A stretch of 64,000 bases of DNA from the human T2T-CHM13v2.0 reference genome, Homo sapiens: assembly GCF_009914755.1 (NCBI RefSeq), contig NC_060925.1; one strand, given 5' to 3'. The position numbers and the translations under genes are program-made. How positions within the stretch are numbered: the stretch's first letter is position 1; each line of letters opens with the position of its first letter. A model generated the notes under the pieces. That model did not search any database. It was not told where the DNA came from and saw nothing but the letters and a program-made list of their open reading frames with translations. Positions 26,601 to 41,400 of this stretch are shown here, one piece after another.

Positions 26601-29600
26601 TGGAATCGAATGGAATCAACATCAAATGGAATCAAATGGAATCATTGAACGGAATTGAATGGAATCGTCATCGAATGAATTGAGTGCAATCATCGAATGG
26701 TCTCGAATGGAATCATCTTCAAATGGAATGGAATGGAATCATCGCATAGAATCGAATGGAATTATCATCGAATGGAATCGAATGGAATCAACATCCAACG
26801 GAAAAAAACGGAATTATCGAATGGAATCGAAGAGAATCATCGAATGGACCCGAATGGAATCATCTAATGGAATGGAATGGAATAATCCATGGACTCGAAT
26901 GCAATCATCATCGAATGGAATCGAATGGAATCATCGAATGGACTCGAATGGAATAATCATTGAACGGAATCGAATGGAATCATCATCGGATGGAAATGAA
27001 TGGAATCATCATCGAATGGAATCGAATAGAATTATGGAATGAAATCCAGTGTGATCATCATCGAATGGACCCGAATGGAATCATCATCCAACGGAAGCTA
27101 ATGGAATCAACATCGAATGAATCAAATGGAAACACCATCGAATTGAAACGAATGGAATTATCATGAAATTGAAATGGATGGACTCATCATCGAATGGATT
27201 CGAATGGAATCATCGAATAAAATTGATTGAAATCATCATCGAATGGAATCGAATGGTATCATTGAATGGAATCGAATGGAATCATCATCAGATGGAAATG
27301 AATGGAATCGTCATAGAATGGAATCGAATGGATTCATTGAATGGAATCAGATGGAATCATCGAATGGACTGGAATGGAATCATTGAATGGACTCGAAAGG
27401 GATCATGATTGAATGGAATTGAATGGAATCATCGAATGGTCTCGATTGGAATCATTATCAAATGGAATCGAATGGAATCACCGAATAGAATCGAATGGAA
27501 CAATCATCGAATGGACTCAAATGGAATTATCCTCAAATGGAATCGAATGGAATTATCGAATGCAATCGAATGGAATTATCGAATGCAATCGAATAGAATC
27601 ATCGAATGGACTCGAATGGAATCATCGAATGGAATCGAATGGAATGGAACAGTCAATGAACTCGAATGGAATCATCATTGAATGGAATCGAATGGAATCA
27701 TCGAGTAGAATCGAATGGAATTATGATCAAATGGAATCGAATGTAATCATCATCAAATGGAATCAAAAATAACCATCATCAATTGGTATTGAATGGAATT
27801 GTCATCAAATGGAATTCAAAGGAATCATCATCAAATGGAACCGAATGGAATCCTCATTGAATGGAAATGAAAGGGGTCATCATCTAATGGAATCGCATGG
27901 AATCATCATCAAATGGAATCGAATGGAATCATCATCAAATGGAATCTAATGGAATCATTGAACAGAATTGAATGGAATCGTCATCGAATGAATTGAATGC
28001 AATCATCGAATGGTCTCGAATGGAATCATCTTCTAATGGAAAGGAATGGAATCATCGCATAGAATCGAATGGAATTATCATCGAATGGAATCGAATGGTA
28101 TCAACACCAAACGGAAAAAAACGGAATTATCGAATGGAATCGAAGAGAATCTTCGAACGGACCCGAATGGAATCATCTAATGGAATGGAATGGAATAATC
28201 CATGGACTCGAATGCAATCATCATCGAATGGAATCGAATGGAATCATCGAATGGACTCGAATGGAATAATCATTGAACGGAATCGATTGGAATCATCATC
28301 GGATGGAAACGAATGGAATCATCATCGAATGGAAATGAAAGGAGTCATCATCTAATGGAATTGCATGGAATCATCATAAAATGGAATCGAATGGAATCAA
28401 CATCAAATGGAATCAAATGGAATCATTGAACGGAATTGAATGGAATCGTCATCGAATGAATTGAGTGCAATCATCGAATGGTCTCGAACGGAATCATCTT
28501 CAAATGGAATGGAATGGAATCATCGCATAGAATCGAATGGAATTATCATCGAATGGAATCGAATGGAATCAACATCCAACGGAAAAAAACGGAATTATCG
28601 AATGGAATCGAAGAGAATCATCGAATGGACCCGAATGGAATCATCTAATGGAATGGAATGGAATAATCCATGGACTCGAATGCAATCATCATCGAATGGA
28701 ATCGAATGGAATCATCGAATGGACTCGAATGGAATAATCATTGAACGGAATCGAATGGAATCATCATCGGATGGAAATGAATGGAATCATCATCGAATGG
28801 AATCGAATAGAATTATGGAATGAAATCCAGTGTGATCATCATTGAATGGACCCGAATGGAATCATCATCCAACGGAAGCTAATGGAATCAACATCGAATG
28901 AATCAAATGGAAACACCATCGAATTGAAACGAATGGAATTATCATGAAATTGAAATGGATGGACTCATCATCGAATGGATTCGAATGGAATCATCGAATA
29001 AAATTGATTGAAATCATCATCGAATGGAATCGAATGGTATCATTGAATGGAATCGAATGGAATCATCATCAGATGGAAATGAATGGAATCGTCATAGAAT
29101 GGAATCGAATGGATTCATTGAATGGAATCAGATGGAATCATCGAATGGACTGGAATGGAATCATTGAATGGACTCGAAAGGGATCATGATTGAATGGAAT
29201 TGAATGGAATCATCGAATGGTCTCGATTGGAATCATTATCAAATGGAATCGAATGGAATCACCGAATAGAATCGAATGGAACAATCATCGAATGGACTCA
29301 AATGGAATTATCCTCAAATGGAATCGAATGGAATTATCGAATGCAATCGAATGGAATTATCGAAGGCAATCGAATAGAATCATCGAATGGACTCGAATGG
29401 AATCATCGAATGGAATCGAATGGAATGGAACAGTCAATGAACTGGAATGGAATCATCATTGAATGGAATCGAATGGAATCATCGAGTAGAATCGAATGGA
29501 ATTATGATCAAATGGAATCGAATGTAATCATCATCAAATGGAATCAAAAATAACCATCATCAATTGGTATTGAATGGAATTGTCATCAAATGGAATTCAA

Positions 29601-29750
29601 AGGAATCATCATCAAATGGAACCGAATGGAATCCTCATTGAATGGAAATGAAAGGGGTCATCATCTAATGGAATTGCATGGAATCATCATCAAATGGAAT
29701 CGAATGGAATCATCATCAAATGGAATCTAATGGAATCATTGAACAGAATT
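14700..29750 (+). repeat. Second haplotype domain built on a 3552-bp dimer, with an 8885-bp duplication
   Basis: Unit type X (GMEW in A, GAAAGGAATC, GTCCTCG) at 15530, 20863 and 24415. Unit type Y (RLESS, ELSA) at 17306, 19087, 22639, 26191 and 27972. Confidence 0.8.
17306..19086 (+). repeat. 1781-bp unit with one extra pentamer (also units at 26191, 27972, 54617, 62194)
   Basis: Extra CGAAT at ~18751-18755 before GGAATGGAACAGTC. The frameshifted 90/119-aa ORF pairs at 18524, 27409, 29190, 55835 and 63412 mark all five copies. Confidence 0.92.
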
Positions 29751-32499
29751 GAATGGAATCGTCATCGAATGAATTGAATGCAATCATCGAATGGTCTCGA
29801 ATGGAATCATCTTCTAATGGAAAGGAATGGAATCATCGCATAGAATCGAATGGAATTATCATCGAATGGAATCGAATGGTATCAACACCAAACGGAAAAA
29901 AACGGAATTATCGAATGGAATCGAAGAGAATCTTCGAACGGACCCGAATGGAATCATCTAATGGAATGGAATGGAATAATCCATGGACTCGAATGCAATC
30001 ATCATCGAATGGAATCGAATGGAATCATCGAATGGACTCGAATGGAATAATCATTGAACGGAATCGAATGGAATCATCATCGGATGGAAACGAATGGAAT
30101 CATCATCGAATGGAAATGAAAGGAGTCATCATCTAATGGAATTGCATGGAATCATCATAAAATGGAATCGAATGGAATCAACATCAAATGGAATCAAATG
30201 GAATCATTGAACGGAATTGAATGGAATCGTCATCGAATGAATTGACTGCAATCATCCAATGGTCTCGAATGGAATCATCTTCAAATGGAATGGAATGGAA
30301 TCATCGCATAGAATCGAATGGAATTATCATCGAATGGAATCGAATGGAATCAACATCAAACGGAAAAAAACGGAATTATCGAATGGAATCGAAGAGAATC
30401 ATCGAATGGACCCGAATGGAATCATCTAATGGAATGGAATGGAATAATCCATGGACTCGAATGCAATCATCATCGAATGGAATCGAATGGAATCATCGAA
30501 TGGACTCGAATGGAATAATCATTGAACGGAATCGAATGGAATCATCATCGGATGGAAATGAATGGAATCATCATCGAATGGAATCGAATAGAATTATGGA
30601 ATGAAATCCAGTGTGATCATCATCGAATGGACCCGAATGGAATCATCATCCAACGGAAGCTAATGGAATCAACATCGAATGAATCAAATGGAAACACCAT
30701 CGAATTGAAACGAATGGAATTATCATGAAATTGAAATGGATGGACTCATCATCGAATGGATTCGAATGGAATCATCGAATAAAATTGATTGAAATCATCA
30801 TCGAATGGAATCGAATGGTATCATTGAATGGAATCGAATGGAATCATCATCAGATGGAAATGAATGGAATCGTCATAGAATGGAATCGAATGGATTCATT
30901 GAATGGAATCAGATGGAATCATCGAATGGACTGGAATGGAATCATTGAATGGACTCGAAAGGGATCATGATTGAATGGAATTGAATGGAATCATCGAATG
31001 GTCTCGATTGGAATCATTATCAAATGGAATCGAATGGAATCACCGAATAGAATCGAATGGAACAATCATTGAATGGACTCAAATGGAATTATCCTCCAAT
31101 GGAATCGAATGGAATTATCGAATGCAATCGAATGGAATTATCGAATGCAATCGAATAGAATCATCGAATGGACTCGAATGGAATCATCGAATGGAATGGA
31201 ATGGAACAGTCAATGAACTCGAATGGAATCATCATTGAATGGAATCGAATGGAATCATCGAGTGGAATCGAATGGAATTATGATCAAATGGAATCGAATG
31301 TAATCATCATCAAATGGAATCAAAAATAACCATCATCAATTGCTATTGAATGGAATTGTCATCAAATGGAATTCAAAGGAATCATCATCAAATGGAACCG
31401 AATGGAATCCTCATTGAATGGAAATGAAAGGGGTCATCATCTAATGGAATCGCATGGAATCATCATCAAATGGAATCGAATGGAATCATCATCAAATGGA
31501 ATCTAATGGAATCATTGAACAGAATTGAATGGAATCGTCATCGAATGAATTGAATGCAATCATCGAATGGTCTCGAATGGAATCATCTTCTAATGGAAAG
31601 GAATGGAATCATCGCATAGAATCGAATGGAATTATCATCGAATGGAATCGAATGGTATCAACACCAAACGGAAAAAAACGGAATTATCGAATGGAATCGA
31701 AGAGAATCTTCGAACGGACCCGAATGGAATCATCTAATGGAATGGAATGGAATAATCCATGGACTCGAATGCAATCATCATCGAATGGAATGGAATGGAA
31801 TCATCGAATGGACTCGAATGGAATAATCATTGAACGGAATCGAATGGAATCATCATCGGATGGAAACGAATGGAATCATCATCGAATGAAAATGAAAGGA
31901 GTCATCATCTAATGGAATTGCATGGAATCATCATAAAATGGAATCGAATGGAATCAACATCAAATGGAATCAAATGGAATCATTGAACGGAATTGAATGG
32001 AATCGTCATCGAATGAATTGACTGCAATCATCGAATGGTCTCGAATGGAATCATCTTCAAATGGAATGGAATGGAATCATCGCATAGAATCGAATGGAAT
32101 TATCATCGAATGGAATCGAATGGAATCAACATCAAACGGAAAAAAACGGAATTATCGAATGGAATCGAAGAGAATCATCGAATGGACCCGAATGGAATCA
32201 TCTAATGGAATGGAATGGAATAATCCATGGACTCGAATGCAATCATCATCGAATGGAATCGAATGGAATCATCGAATGGACTCGAATGGAATAATCATTG
32301 AACGGAATCGAATGGAATCATCATCGGATGGAAATGAATGGAATCATCATCGAATGGAATCGAATAGAATTATGGAATGAAATCCAGTGTGATCATCATC
32401 GAATGGACCCGAATGGAAACATCATCCAACGGAAGCTAATGGAATCAACATCGAATGAATCGAATGGAAACACCATCGAATTGAAACGAATGGAATTAT

Positions 32500-35400
32500 T
32501 ATGAAATTGAAATGGATGGACTCATCATCGAATGGATTCGAATGGAATCATCGAATAAAATTGATTGAAATCATCATCCAATGGAATCGAATGGTATCAT
32601 TGAATGGAATCGAATGGAATCATCATCAGATGGAAATGAAAGGAATCGTCATAGAATGGAATCGAATGGATTCATTGAATGGAATCAGATGGAATCATCG
32701 AATGGACTGGAATGGAATCATTGAATGGACTCGAAAGGGATCATGATTGAATGGAATTGAATGGAATCATCGAATGGTCTCGATTGGAATCATTATCAAA
32801 TGGAATCGAATGGAATCACCGAACAGAATCGAATGGAACAATCATCGAATGGACTCAAATGGAATTTTCCTCCAATGGAATCGAATGGAATTATCGAATG
32901 CAATCGAATGGAATTATCGAATGCAATCGAATAGAATCATCGAAAGGACTCGAATGGAATCATCGAATGGAATGGAATGGAACAGTCAATGAACTCGAAT
33001 GGAATCATCATTGAATGGAATCGAATGGAATCATCGAGTGGAATCGAATGGAATTATGAGCAAATGGAATCGAATGTAATCATCATCAAATGGAATCAAA
33101 AATAACCATCATCAATTGGTGTTGAATGGAATTGTCATCAAATGGAATTCAAAGGAATCATCATCAAATGGAACCGAATGGAATCCTCATTGAATGGAAA
33201 TGAAAGGGGTCATCATCTAATGGAATCGCATGGAATCATCATCAAATGGAATCGAATGGAATCATCATCAAATGGAATCTAATGGAATCATTGAACAGAA
33301 TTGAATGGAATCGTCATCGAATGAATTGAATGCAATCATCGAATGGTCTCGAATGGAATCATCTTCTAATGGAAAGGAATGGAATCATCGCATAGAATCG
33401 AATGGAATTATCATCGAATGGAATCGAATGGTATCAACAACAAACGGAAAAAAACGGAATTATCGAATGGAATCGAAGAGAATCTTCGAACGGACCCGAA
33501 TGGAATCATCTAATGGAATGGAATGGAATAATCCATGGACTCGAATGCAATCATCATCGAATGGAATCGAATGGAATCATCGAATGGACTCGAATGGAAT
33601 AATCATTGAACGGAATCGATTGGAATCATCACCGGATGGAAACGAATGGAATCATCATCGAATGGAAATGAAAGGAGTCATCATCTAATGGAATTGCATG
33701 GAATCATCATAAAATGGAATCGAATGGAATCAACATCAAATGGAATCAAATGGAATCATTGAACGGAATTGAATGGAATCGTCATCGAATGAATTGACTG
33801 CAATCATCCAATGGTCTCGAATGGAATCATCTTCAAATGGAATGGAATGGAATCATCGCATAGAATCGAATGGAATTATCATTGAATGGAATCGAATGGA
33901 ATCAACATCAAACGGAAAAAAACAGAATTATCGTATGGAATCGAAGAGAATCATCGAAGGGACCCGAATGGAATCATCTAATGGAATGGAATGGAATAAT
34001 CCATGGACTCGAATGCAATCATCATCGAATGGAATCGAATGGAATCATCGAATGGACTCGAATGGAATAATCATTGAACGGAATCGAATGGAATCATCAT
34101 CGGATGGAAATGAATGGAATCATCATCGAATGGAATCGAATAGAATTATGGAATGAAATCCAGTGTGATCATCATCGAATGGACCCGAATGGAATCAACA
34201 TCCAACGGAAGCTAATGGAATCAACATCGAATGAATCGAATGGAAACACCATCGAATTGAAACGAATGGAATTATCATGAAATTGAAATGGATGGACTCA
34301 TCATCGAATGGATTCGAATGGAATCATCGAATAAAATTGATTGAAATCATCATCCAATGGAATCGAATGGTATCATTGAATGGAATCGAATGGAATCATC
34401 ATCAGATGGAAATGAATGGAATCGTCATAGAATGGAATCGAATGGATTCATTGAATGGAATCAGATGGAATCATCGAATGGACTGGAATGGAATCATTGA
34501 ATGGACTCGAAAGGGATCATTATTGAATGGAATTGAATGGAATCATCGAATGGTCTCGATTGGAATCATTATCAAATGGAATCGAATGAAATCACCGAAC
34601 AGAATCGAATGGAACAATCATCGAATGGACTCAAATGGAATTATCCTCCAATGGAATCGAATGGAATTATCGAATGCAATCGAATGGAATTATCGAATGC
34701 AATCGAATAGAATCATCGAATGGACTCGAATGGAATCATCGAATGGAATGGAATGGAACAGTCAATGAACTCGAATGGAATCATCATTGAATGGAATCGA
34801 ATGGAATCATCGAGTGGAATCGAATGGAATTATGATCAAATGGAATAGAATGTAATCATCATCAAATGGAATCAAAAATAACCATCATCAATTGGTATTG
34901 AATGGAATTGTCATCAAATGGAATTCAAAGGAATCATCATCAAATGGAACCGAATGGAATCCTCATTGAATGGAAATGAAAGGGGTCATCATCTAATGGA
35001 ATCGCATGGAATCATCATCAAATGGAATCGAATGGAATCATCATCAAATGGAATCTAATGGAATCATTGAACAGAATTGAATGGAATCGTCATCGAATGA
35101 ATTGAATGCAATCATCGAATGGTCTCGAATGGAATCATCTTCTAATGGAAAGGAATGGAATCATCGCATAGAATCGAATGGAATTATCATCGAATGGAAT
35201 CGAATGGTATCAACACCAAACGGAAAAAAACGGAATTATCGAATTGAATCGAAGAGAATCTTCGAACGGACCCGAATGGAATCATCTAATGGAATGGAAT
35301 GGAATAATCCATGGACTCGAATGCAATCATCATCGAATGGAATCGAATGGAATCATCGAATGGACTCGAATGGAATAATCATTGAACGGAATCGAATGGA

Positions 35401-38400
35401 ATCATCATCGGATGGAAACGAATGGAATCATCATCGAATGGAAATGAAAGGAGTCATCATCTAATGGAATTGCATGGAATCATCATAAAATGGAATCGAA
35501 TGGAATCAACATCAAATGGAATCAAATGGAATCATTGAACGGAATTGAATGGAATCGTCATCGAATGAATTGACTGCAATCATCGAATGGTCTCGAATGG
35601 AATCATCTTCAAATGGAATGGAATGGAATCATCGCATAGAATCGAATGGAATTATCATCGAATGGAATCGAATGGAATCAACATCAAACGGAAAAAAACG
35701 GAATTATCGAATGGAATCGAAGAGAATCATCGAATGGACCCGAATGGAATCATCTAATGGAATGGAATGGAATAATCCATGGACTCGAATGCAATCATCA
35801 TCGAATGGAATCGAATGGAATCATCGAATGGACTCGAATGGAATAATCATTGAACGGAATCGAATGGAATCATCATCAGATGGAAATGAATGGAATCATC
35901 ATCGAATGGAATCGAATAGAATTATGGAATGAAATCCAGTGTGATCATCATCGAATGGACCCGAATGGAATCATCATCCAACGGAAGCTAATGGAATCAA
36001 CATCGAATGAATCGAATGGAAACACCATCGAATTGAAACGAATGGAATTATCATGAAATTGAAATGGATGGACTCATCATCGAATGGATTCGAATGGAAT
36101 CACCGAATAAAATTGATTGAAATCATCATCCAATGGAATCGAATGGTATCATTGAATGGAATCGAATGGAATCATCATCAGATGGAAATGAATGGAATCG
36201 TCATAGAATGGAATCGAATGGATTCATTGAATGGAATCAGATGGAATCATCGAATGGACTGGAATGGAATCATTGAATGGAATCGAAAGGGATCATAATT
36301 GAATGGAATTGAATGGAATCATCGAATGGTCTCGATTGGAATCATTATCAAATGGAATCGAATGGAATCACCGAATAGAATCGAATGGAACAATCATCGA
36401 ATGGACTCAAATGGAATTATCCTCAAATGGAATCGAATGGAATTATCGAATGCAATCGAATGGAATTATCGAATGCAATCGAATAGAATCATCGAATGGA
36501 CTCGAATGGAATCATCGAATGGAATGGAATGGAACAGTCAATGAACTCGAATGGAATCATCATTGAATGGAATCGAATGGAATCATCGAGTGGAATCGAA
36601 TGGAATTATGATCAAATGGAATCGAATGTAATCATCATCAAATGGAATCAAAAATAACCATCATCAATTGGTATTGAATGGAATTGTCATCAAATGGAAT
36701 TCAAAGGAATCATCATCAAATGGAACCGAATGGAATCCTCATTGAATGGAAATGAAAGGGGTCATCATCTAATGGAATCGCATGGAATCATCATCAAATG
36801 GAATCGAATGGAATCATCATCAAATGGAATCTAATGGAATCATTGAACAGAATTGAATGGAATCGTCATCGAATGAATTGAATGCAATCATCGAATGGTC
36901 TCGAATGGAATCATCTTCTAATGGAAAGAAATGGAATCATCGCATAGAATCGAATGGAATTATCATCGAATGGAATCGAATGGTATCAACACCAAACGGA
37001 AAAAAACGGAATTATCGAATTGAATCGAAGAGAATCTTCGAACGGACCCGAATGGAATCATCTAATGGAATGGAATGGAATAATCCATGGACTCGAATGC
37101 AATCATCATCGAATGGAATCGAATGGAATCATCGAATGGACTCGAATGGAATAATCATTGAACGGAATCGAATGGAATCATCATCGGATGGAAACGAATG
37201 GAATCATCATCGAATGGAAATGAAAGGAGTCATCATCTAATGGAATTGCATGGAATCATCATAAAATGGAATCGAATGGAATCAACATCAAATGGAATCA
37301 AATGGAATCATTGAACGGAATTGAATGGAATCGTCATCGAATGAATTGACTGCAATCATCGAATGGTCTCGAATGGAATCATCTTCAAATGGAATGGAAT
37401 GGAATCATCGCATAGAATCGAATGGAATTATCATCGAATGGAATCGAATGGAATCAACATCAAACGGAAAAAAACGGAATTATCGAATGGAATCGAAGAG
37501 AATCATCGAATGGACCCGAATGGAATCATCTAATGGAATGGAATGGAATAATCCATGGACTCGAATGCAATCATCATCGAATGGAATCGAATGGAATCAT
37601 CGAATGGACTCGAATGGAATAATCATTGAACGGAATCGAATGGAATCATCATCGGATGGAAATGAATGGAATCATCATCGAATGGAATCGAATAGAATTA
37701 TGGAATGAAATCCAGTGTGATCATCATCGAATGGACCCGAATGGAATCATCATCCAACGGAAGCTAATGGAATCAACATCGAATGAATCGAATGGAAACA
37801 CCATCGAATTGAAACGAATGGAATTATTATGAAATTGAAATGGATGGACTCATCATCGAATGGATTCGAATGGAATCATCGAATAAAATTGACTGAAATC
37901 ATCATCGAATGGAATCGAATGGTATCATTGAATGGAATCGAATGGAATCATCATCAGATGGAAATGAAAGGAATCGTCATAGAATGGAATCGAATGGATT
38001 CATTGAATGGAATCAGATGGAATCATCGAATGGACTGGAATGGAATCATTGAATGGACTCGAAAGGGATCATGATTGAATGGAATTGAATGGAATCATCG
38101 AATGGTCTCGATTGGAATCATTATCAAATGGAATCGAATGGAATCACCGAACAGAATCGAATGGAACAATCATCGAATGGACTCAAATGGAATTTTCCTC
38201 CAATGGAATCGAATGGAATTATCGAATGCAATCGAATGGAATTATCGAATGCAATCGAATAGAATCATCGAAAGGACTCGAATGGAATCATCGAATGGAA
38301 TGGAATGGAACAGTCAATGAACTCGAATGGAATCATCATTGAATGGAATCGAATGGAATCATCGAGTGGAATCGAATGGAATTATGAGCAAATGGAATCG

Positions 38401-41400
38401 AATGTAATCATCATCAAATGGAATCAAAAATAACCATCATCAATTGGTATTGAATGGAATTGTCATCAAATGGAATTCAAAGGAATCATCATCAAATGGA
38501 ACCGAATGGAATCCTCATTGAATGGAAATGAAAGGGGTCATCATCTAATGGAATCGCATGGAATCATCATCAAATGGAATCGAATGGAATCATCATCAAA
38601 TGGAATCTAATGGAATCATTGAACAGAATTGAATGGAATCGTCATCGAATGAATTGAATGCAATCATCGAATGGTCTCGAATGGAATCATCTTCTAATGG
38701 AAAGGAATGGAATCATCGCATAGAATCGAATGGAATTATCATCGAATGGAATCGAATGGTATCAACACCAAACGGAAAAAAACGGAATTATCGAATGGAA
38801 TCGAAGAGAATCTTCGAACGGACCCGAATGGAATCATCTAATGGAATGGAATGGAATAATCCATGGACTCGAATGCAATCATCATCGAATGGAATCGAAT
38901 GGAATCATCGAATGGACTCGAATGGAATAATCATTGAACGGAATCGATTGGAATCATCATCGGATGGAAACGAATGGAATCATCATCGAATGGAAATGAA
39001 AGGAGTCATCATCTAATGGAATTGCATGGAATCATCATAAAATGGAATCGAATGGAATCAACATCAAATGGAATCAAATGGAATCATTGAACGGAATTCA
39101 ATGGAATCGTCATCGAATGAATTGACTGCAATCATCCAATGGTCTCGAATGGAATCATCTTCAAATGGAATGGAATGGAATCATCGCATAGAATCGAATG
39201 GAATTATCATTGAATGGAATCGAATGGAATCAACATCAAACGGAAAAAAACAGAATTATCGTATGGAATCGAAGAGAATCATCGAAGGGACCCGAATGGA
39301 ATCATCTAATGGAATGGAATGGAATAATCCATGGACTCGAATGCAATCATCATCGAATGGAATCGAATGGAATCATCGAATGGACTCGAATGGAATAATC
39401 ATTGAACGGAATCGAATGGAATCATCATCGGTTGGAAATGAATGGAATCATCATCGAATGGAATCGAATAGAATTATGGAATGAAATCCAGTGTGATCAT
39501 CATCGAATGGACCCGAATGGAATCAACATCCAACGGAAGCTAATGGAATCAACATCGAATGAATCGAATGGAAACACCATCGAATTGAAACGAATGGAAT
39601 TATCATGAAATTGAAATGGATGGACTCATCATCGAATGGATTCGAATGGAATCATCGAATAAAATTGATTGAAATCATCATCCAATGGAATCGAATGGTA
39701 TCATTGAATGGAATCGAATGGAATCATCATCAGATGGAAATGAATGGAATCGTCATAGAATGGAATCGAATGGATTCATTGAATGGAATCAGATGGAATC
39801 ATCGAATGGACTGGAATGGAATCATTGAATGGACTCGAAAGGGATCATTATTGAATGGAATTGAATGGAATCATCGAATGGTCTCGATTGGAATCATTAT
39901 CAAATGGAATCGAATGAAATCACCGAACAGAATCGAATGGAACAATCATCGAATGGACTCAAATGGAATTATCCTCCAATGGAATCGAATGGAATTATCG
40001 AATGCAATCGAATGGAATTATCGAATGCAATCGAATAGAATCATCGAATGGACTCGAATGGAATCATCGAATGGAATGGAATGGAACAGTCAATGAACTC
40101 GAATGGAATCATCATTGAATGGAATCGAATGGAATCATCGAGTGGAATCGAATGGAATTATGATCAAATGGAATCGAATGTAATCATCATCAAATGGAAT
40201 CAAAAATAACCATCATCAATTGGTATTGAATGGAATTGTCATCAAATGGAATTCAAAGGAATCATCATCAAATGGAACCGAATGGAATCCTCATTGAATG
40301 GAAATGAAAGGGGTCATCATCTAATGGAATCGCATGGAATCATCATCAAATGGAATCGAATGGAATCATCATCAAATGGAATCTAATGGAATCATTGAAC
40401 AGAATTGAATGGAATCGTCATCGAATGAATTGAATGCAATCATCGAATGGTCTCGAATGGAATCATCTTCTAATGGAAAGGAATGGAATCATCGCATAGA
40501 ATCGAATGGAATTATCATCGAATGGAATCGAATGGTATCAACACCAAACGGAAAAAAACGGAATTATCGAATTGAATCGAAGAGAATCTTCGAACGGACC
40601 CGAATGGAATCATCTAATGGAATGGAATGGAATAATCCATGGACTCGAATGCAATCATCATCGAATGGAATCGAATGGAATCATCGAATGGACTCGAATG
40701 GAATAATCATTGAACGGAATCGAATGGAATCATCATCGGATGGAAACGAATGGAATCATCATCGAATGGAAATGAAAGGAGTCATCATCTAATGGAATTG
40801 CATGGAATCATCATAAAATGGAATCGAATGGAATCAACATCAAATGGAATCAAATGGAATCATTGAACGGAATTGAATGGAATCGTCATCGAATGAATTG
40901 ACTGCAATCATCCAATGGTCTCGAATGGAATCATCTTCAAATGGAATGGAATGGAATCATCGCATAGAATCGAATGGAATTATCATCGAATGGAATCGAA
41001 TGGAATCAACATCAAACGGAAAAAAACGGAATTATCGAATGGAATCGAAGAGAATCATCGAATGGACCCGAATGGAATCATCTAATGGAATGGAATGGAA
41101 TAATCCATGGACTCGAATGCAATCATCATCGAATGGAATCGAATGGAATCATCGAATGGACTCGAATGGAATAATCATTGAACGGAATCGAATGGAATCA
41201 TCATCGGATGGAAATGAATGGAATCATCATCGAATGGAATCGAATAGAATTATGGAATGAAATCCAGTGTGATCATCATCGAATGGACCCGAATGGAATC
41301 ATCATCCAACGGAAGCTAATGGAATCAACATCGAATGAATCGAATGGAAACACCATCGAATTGAAACGAATGGAATTATCATGAAATTGAAATGGATGGA

